This document shows positions 58,140 to 64,000 of a stretch of 64,000 bases of DNA, one piece after another. Under the pieces are notes generated by a model. The model did not search any database, was not told the origin of the DNA, and worked only from the letters and a program-made list of their open reading frames with translations. Positions within the stretch are counted from its first letter, which is position 1. Each line of letters opens with the position of its first letter. A program made the position numbers and the translations under genes. This stretch comes from Octopus vulgaris (taxonomy: Eukaryota): NCBI GenBank assembly GCA_951406725.2, contig OX597817.1, positions 128,340,001 to 128,404,000 of the forward strand, written 5' to 3'.

Positions 58140-58239
58140 NNNNNNNNNNNNNNNNNNNNNNNNNNNNNNNNNNNNNNNNNNNNNNNNNNNNNNNNNNNNN
58201 NNNNNNNNNNNNNNNNNNNNNNNNNNNNNNNNNNNNNNN
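58140..58239. other. Assembly gap (100 N)
   Basis: N run. Confidence 1.
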
Positions 58240-59137
58240 CGAGGTTCTACTGTATACAGAGAAGGGAATCGGGTACTTCATGAAGTACCCTTAGGGAATA
58301 AAGTGCTTTTAACAAGATTAAACAAATGAAGACAAATTCATTAGGCTGTGTACCTCTTCATTACCTTCCTTATTCAGTGGTCCTAGCACCGTCAGATTTT
58401 CGTTTATTGAGAACACTTGGACACTTTTGTAAAAACTTTCAGAGGCAGAGACCATGTCAAAACAGTAAACCTTACATTTTCTTGTTCTAAATAATCTAGT
58501 TGTACAAATTAGATGGTCATGGCTGCATCGTCTTTGAGCACAAACCTAGACTTCAGGCTACACATCTACTGCAATTGCCGCAAACGAAATCGATTGAAGA
58601 GAGATTAAAGCAAAATTAAGACCACCCAATATCAATTGAACATATAACATAAATGGGCGAATATAAACACAAACTGTACTAACATTTATGCTTTGTCCCG
58701 TCATGTTTGTTCAAAAACAATAATTACACAATAACTTTCAATGAATATTATATAACAATAAAACTGCATGTTGCAGCTATTAAGTCATAAATGTGTATTT
58801 AAACAAATCAATCGATTGGCACATGTACTTAGAAACAGCTACAAAAAATATACATGTACATGTATTTGTATGTGTGTATGCGGTGTGCCTTTATACGTGT
58901 TTGTATATATTCATAAGTATATGTGTGTGTGCGTGCGTGTGTGTGTATGTGTGTGTGTGTGTATGGGAGGGTATATATATATAAGTGCGAAAGAGAAAGA
59001 TGAAGATGTGAAGTATTTTAAAACGTAATCGATGGGAGATATAAATGCTTCACTGACTCGTATAAAGAGAAAGAAAGCGATAGATCAGAAAGGACATGAT
59101 AGAATATATATCAAATATGTATATGTATATATATCAA

Positions 59138-59186
<49 letters not shown>

Positions 59187-59747
59187 ATATATATGACATA
59201 CATACAAACACACAACACACACATATATATATGTATGTATGTATGTATACAGGCATACGCATATTTCCAGAATGGGATAGAAAGAGACCGACATTGCATG
59301 AACGAACGACGGAGAGACAGAGAAGGCCCTGAGGTGTCACGGAGCAAATCGGTAGGTGGAAGAAGAGAGTGAAATTGTGGTGGGGGGAAGAGAGGTTAAA
59401 AACGGACGAAAGCAGATACGAAGAAAGAGAAAGGAACAAGAAAAAGAACCGTTTAAATAAAAGAACTCAATTCATAGCAGTTTAATTCGTTTCAGTTTTT
59501 TGTTGTCACTGTTTACAAGCAAATACAAATAGAGGGGAGTGGAGTGGGAAGGAGGAAAAGAAAGCTGGTGGGACAATTACACCTACTATATCGTTCATTT
59601 GGACGCTATCACCTGGCCTTGAGTGCTTTCAGTAGAGTTCACTCTTATTGCAAATGTATATTAGGATCGGGTCACCGGTCTGGGGAATTGTTAACTCCAG
59701 TCGAAGCAACGAAAGCCAATGAAAGAAACGGGCCGTTTTACTTTCAG

Positions 59748-59939
59748 ATACCTTCCGCGCAGTTGCACTGTGTCAGTGACCAGGTCGCAAACAGTGCGAA
59801 GAAAATGTTGAAACTAATAAACGAAGCTAACAGTTTCCGTTTGTTTCTGAATGATTATAATAAGTATTTCGCCAGACGCTTAGCCCTTGCTTTATCAGTC
59901 TCATCGATCCTTCTATTCGCATGCCTGTCCCGATATTGG
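59748..59939 (+). other. Candidate exon of an unknown host gene
   Basis: ttttactttcag| acceptor and TGG|gtaaat donor; 192 nt open frame in unique sequence; no recognised homology. Confidence 0.2.
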
Positions 59940-61339
59940 GTAAATATTTCGTAAAGGACCCGTTAGTACAGGTTTTTTTCGAGTGCATTTCGAGTTTTTT
60001 TTTCTACAAGTTTTTTCGAGTGCATTCAATGTATCTCCCCTCCAAACCCACTGCAAGCCACTTTCTTCCGGAAAAGAAAGGGGGAGGGATTGTGGGGACC
60101 TCAGAGTTTCCCATCAACGGAGTTTCGTTCAGTGAGTTTTTTTCATTTCCAGGTTATTTCACATGCTTTCAACGAATGTGACATCGAAATCATGCGTAAA
60201 CAGCTCCTTTCCCCAGAAAAGGAAAGATTTAACAACTATTTCTAGCACGTCCTGCTACCACGTAACAGGTATTTCGGAACCTTTATCGCAAATAGATGTT
60301 ACGTGGTAAAAGGGAGTGCTATAAATAGCAGCTAAATCATTGGAGGTGAGATATGTTGAATGCTCTCGAAACAAACCTCTGGAAAAAATTATTTCACACC
60401 GGGGTTACAAACGGGTTTTCTACAAAATATTTACCGTATTTTTAAAGTCATTTTCACTTCAAAATATTTTAAAAATATGCTTCCCCACCAATTTTTGTAA
60501 TGCATTCCCTCTAACTAATTCTTATGAAATTCATGTTTTACCACTTGGAAAAAAAGTATAGACAATGCTCTGTATCTGATACCAAGAGTGAGTGATGGAT
60601 GGTCTGAACTGGAATTCTTTTAACCATAATTTAATTTGATGGGAGTTGATCTGCGGCTACACGTCAGCAGATACGAGCAGAATTTTTACCGAGTCATATA
60701 AAATACAGAGCTACATTTTTTTCTTGGTTAATTACGTTCTGGATTCAAATTCCACCGACATCGATTTGCCTTTCATCATTTCGCGGTCAATTAAATAAGT
60801 ACCAGTCAATAAATGTAGTCACGAGGTGCATGCAGACAGCGATAAACAACCACCGCCACCAAAACTGTTTGCTTCTTATTATATTTGAGTATTTTCCCAA
60901 AGCGTTTCACAAAAAGTAGGTTGGTAGGAAAGTACCAATGTATTAGTAAAGAATTTTGGGCAACTTATCAAGATAAAAAAATATTTTGAAAAAGAGTAGA
61001 TGAAAGAGAAACCAGTTGTTACTCGAAGAATTAGCTTTATTTCTGATGTTCCTTTGTTGGTGTTAGGCCCCAGGTCAATTTTGATCGAGCAGACCGATGA
61101 TAAAAAACATACCAGTGTTAAAAATGCCGCCTTGTTCCAAAAGCATATTGCACATTATCTAACGTGTCCTTTTATTTTCTGAGGCGTTAGGATTTAATTT
61201 GAGAGATAATTAGCTGATATTTCTAACACATTTGACCACGTGTGGCAGATACATAAACCTGAATACAGTCACCGTTGTTGTTGTTGTTGCTGTTGTTGTT
61301 GCTGCTGCTGATGTTGTTAAGCGGAATATGGATGGAAGG

Positions 61340-61698
61340 ACGAGTTCCTGTTGATCCGATCAACAGAACAGCCTGATCGTGAAATCAATGTGCAAGTGGC
61401 TGAGCACTCCACAGACACGTGTACCCTTAACGCAGTTCTCGGGGATATTCAGCGTGACACAGAGAGTGACAAGGCTGGCCCTTTGAAATACAGGTACAAC
61501 AGAAACAGGAAGTAAGAGTGAGAGAAAGTTGTGGTAAAAGAGTACAGCAGGGATCACCACCATCCCCTGCCGGAGCCTCGTGGAGCTTTTAGGTGTTTTC
61601 GCTCAATAAACACTCACAACGCCCGGTCTGGGAATCGAAACCGCGATCGTATGACCGCGAGTCCGCTGCCCTAACCACTGGGCCATTGTGCCTCCACA
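61340..61698 (-). mobile_element. tRNA-derived SINE family D
   Basis: Reverse complement: tggcccagtggttagggcagcggactcgcggtc...ggtttcgattcccagaccggg head. Confidence 0.8.
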
Positions 61699-63194
61699 AG
61701 CGGAATATATATTCTCTGATTTAGAAGAAAAAAATATATATTAGTACCGCAAGTTTTTTTTTCTCTCTCTCTTTCTTTTACTTCACAGAGCGATTTTAAG
61801 ATGTTTTGGCTGCTACGTTTAACACGTAAAACAACTGTGTACAGTCTCCTAATGTGACTCGAGTGCTGCCGTTTTTTGGAGACAGTAAATAAGGTTGGGG
61901 TGAGAAAGTTGGCGTCAACGAACGAGCAAGAAACAAAAATAATAAATCAGAAAAAAACAAGCAAGCAAACAAATTCCAAAAGCAATCTTTCTAGAAGGAA
62001 TTATTTACAACGCTGCATCAGAAGACATGCGTTTCCCTATTGTGTACAAGCATAAAGGGAAGTTGTAAAAGCCAAACACCCTTTGATGCAGTTTATTTTC
62101 TTAAAGTACTTACCTATTAAAAGCTTGTGCATTATTTTCTCATTAGCTCTCGATTTATATAGTTATTCATTTATTTTATGCGCATTTGTTAGTGTATGTG
62201 TGTGTGTCTGTGTGTGTGTGTGTGTCTCTGTGTGAGTGTGTCTATGTGTGTGTGTGTGTCTGTGTGTGTGCGTTCGAGTGTGTGTATGTGTGCTAGTATG
62301 TGCTTGTGTGTCTACTTATGTATGTATGTGTATATACACACACGCACAAACACACATATATACATACACACACACACACACACATATATACGTACAAAGT
62401 TAGCAGTTCTCTTTCATCTTTTAGGAAATATTCGTTTTCTGAAAAAAAGTCTATTTAGTTCTAGCTTCTTTACCTCTGTGAAGATTAATTTTCGGTAAAA
62501 GGAAGAAAGAAAGGTAGAATACGTACATATATCCATCCATCCATCCATCCATTCATCTATCCATACTCATACATACACACACGCATACATGCATACATAC
62601 ATACATACACACATACATACATACATACATACATACATACATACATACATACATACATACATACATACATACACAGAAGTGATAAATTAGATCATTCTTT
62701 TGAGCTTCGGATACAATGTGCCACGGTATTTGTTTCGACTTTCTGCGCTTTGAGTTCAATTTCTGTTATGGCCTAATCATGTGTTAAGTTTAATCCACCT
62801 GTAGTTTAACACCGTCTCATGATACCTGGGATGTATTTAGCGGGAACGAGTATGCTTCAAGCTTTCTGGCTTGGCCTCCGGTGTGAAGGTACCTTCCTCC
62901 AGCCATTCTCGTTTTCGTTTGTCTAAGGTTGTCTGTATCTGTAATTGTCTGGTTAATCATGAATTGTACGTTATGATTATATTTTATCTTAATCCGATTT
63001 TTAAAAATATATTTAACAATTTCGCTACAACCACAGCGTCCTCAGCATCTCCTTCCACTGCTATCCAGAAGTGACCGTATTGAACCACTGATAAAAGAAT
63101 CAAAATAAACGCTTATAAAAATGTGTATATACAATTAGAATGACAAAGGTGAGATTTCTTTTCCACCTCTGTTTAATAATGGCGGTGAGTGTAA

Positions 63195-63965
63195 AAATAT
63201 TGGTTTCGAATTTTGGTACAACACCAGCAACTTCGGGGGAAGAGGTGAGGCGATTACATCGTCCCCAATACTCAACTTATTTTATCGACCCCGAAAGGAT
63301 GAAAGGTAAGGTCGACCTCCGCGGAATTTGAACTTACGATTCTGTCAGCTCGCTGCCTTGATGAATGATAAAATTTTCCGAAGCCTTTTGTGTCATAGAA
63401 ATTACAAAAATAATAAATGAGGAAAAAAAAGTATGAATTGTTTACCTTGGTTAATCATGGAAGAAAACAACTTCTGAGTGGAGCTCAGTAAAACATCATC
63501 ATTTACAGTGAATAACAACAGCATCAAACAACATAGGTTTCTGATTTAGGTGCATGGGCAGCAATTTTAAGGGCAGATTTTAGTACATGCAATGAAGCCC
63601 ATTACGCGACTGGCACTTTATTTGGTAGATCTACGAAAGGATAAAGGGCAAAACTGACCACAGTGAGATTTGAAACCAGAACGTAAATAACCGGAAGGAA
63701 TACCGTATAGCAATTTGTTAGAGGCGTTAGCCCTTGCTAATTCATCACTTTAGTATTCTTTCCTTTTTACTAAAGTCTCATGGTCTGACACTTTGAGGTG
63801 AGTGGCTACTCGATTACATCCAACAACTGGTACTTATTTGATCCCGAAAGGATGGATAGCAAAGTCGACTTCAGCGGAATTTGAATTTGAACCCAGAAAT
63901 TAAAGCCGGAAAAATGCCGTTAATAATTTTGTCCAGCGTGCGAATGGTTCTGCCTGCTCGCCACA
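63195..63965 (-). mobile_element. Three diverged SINE family B copies
   Basis: Family B core at 63285-63335, 63615-63685 and 63825-63890. Confidence 0.8.
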
Positions 63966-64000
63966 TTTTGCTGTTAACAATGACAACAGTTATGTCTTGA

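Overview
AT-rich eukaryotic DNA, dense in microsatellites and transposons and mostly non-coding. The SINE families and repeat landscape resemble a coleoid cephalopod (Octopus-like; inferred). No host protein-coding gene can be called with confidence, and nearly all listed ORFs are translations of microsatellites. Recognisable coding remnants are all transposon-derived: a CR1/L2-group LINE RT (1857-3600, -), a Penelope-like RT (~25135-25795) and GIY-YIG endonuclease (~50410-50674), Tc1 and mariner transposases, an RTE fragment, an R4/Dong-type RLE retrotransposon in (TAA)n, and a piggyBac fragment. There are also non-autonomous Helitrons, MITEs and about 40 tRNA-derived SINE copies. The most striking hidden structure is a set of at least 8 unrelated short elements, mostly beside TA microsatellites, that carry type-I minimal hammerhead ribozyme motifs (CUGANGA / stem II / GAAA / palindromic stem III / NUH). 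Each has a different stem III palindrome, two have very long stem II inserts, two show the compensatory U3-A8 core variant, and five occur as fold-back pairs with identical outward-pointing polarity. This fits Penelope pseudo-LTR or retrozyme-like elements. All structures were folded by eye, and self-cleavage activity is untested.
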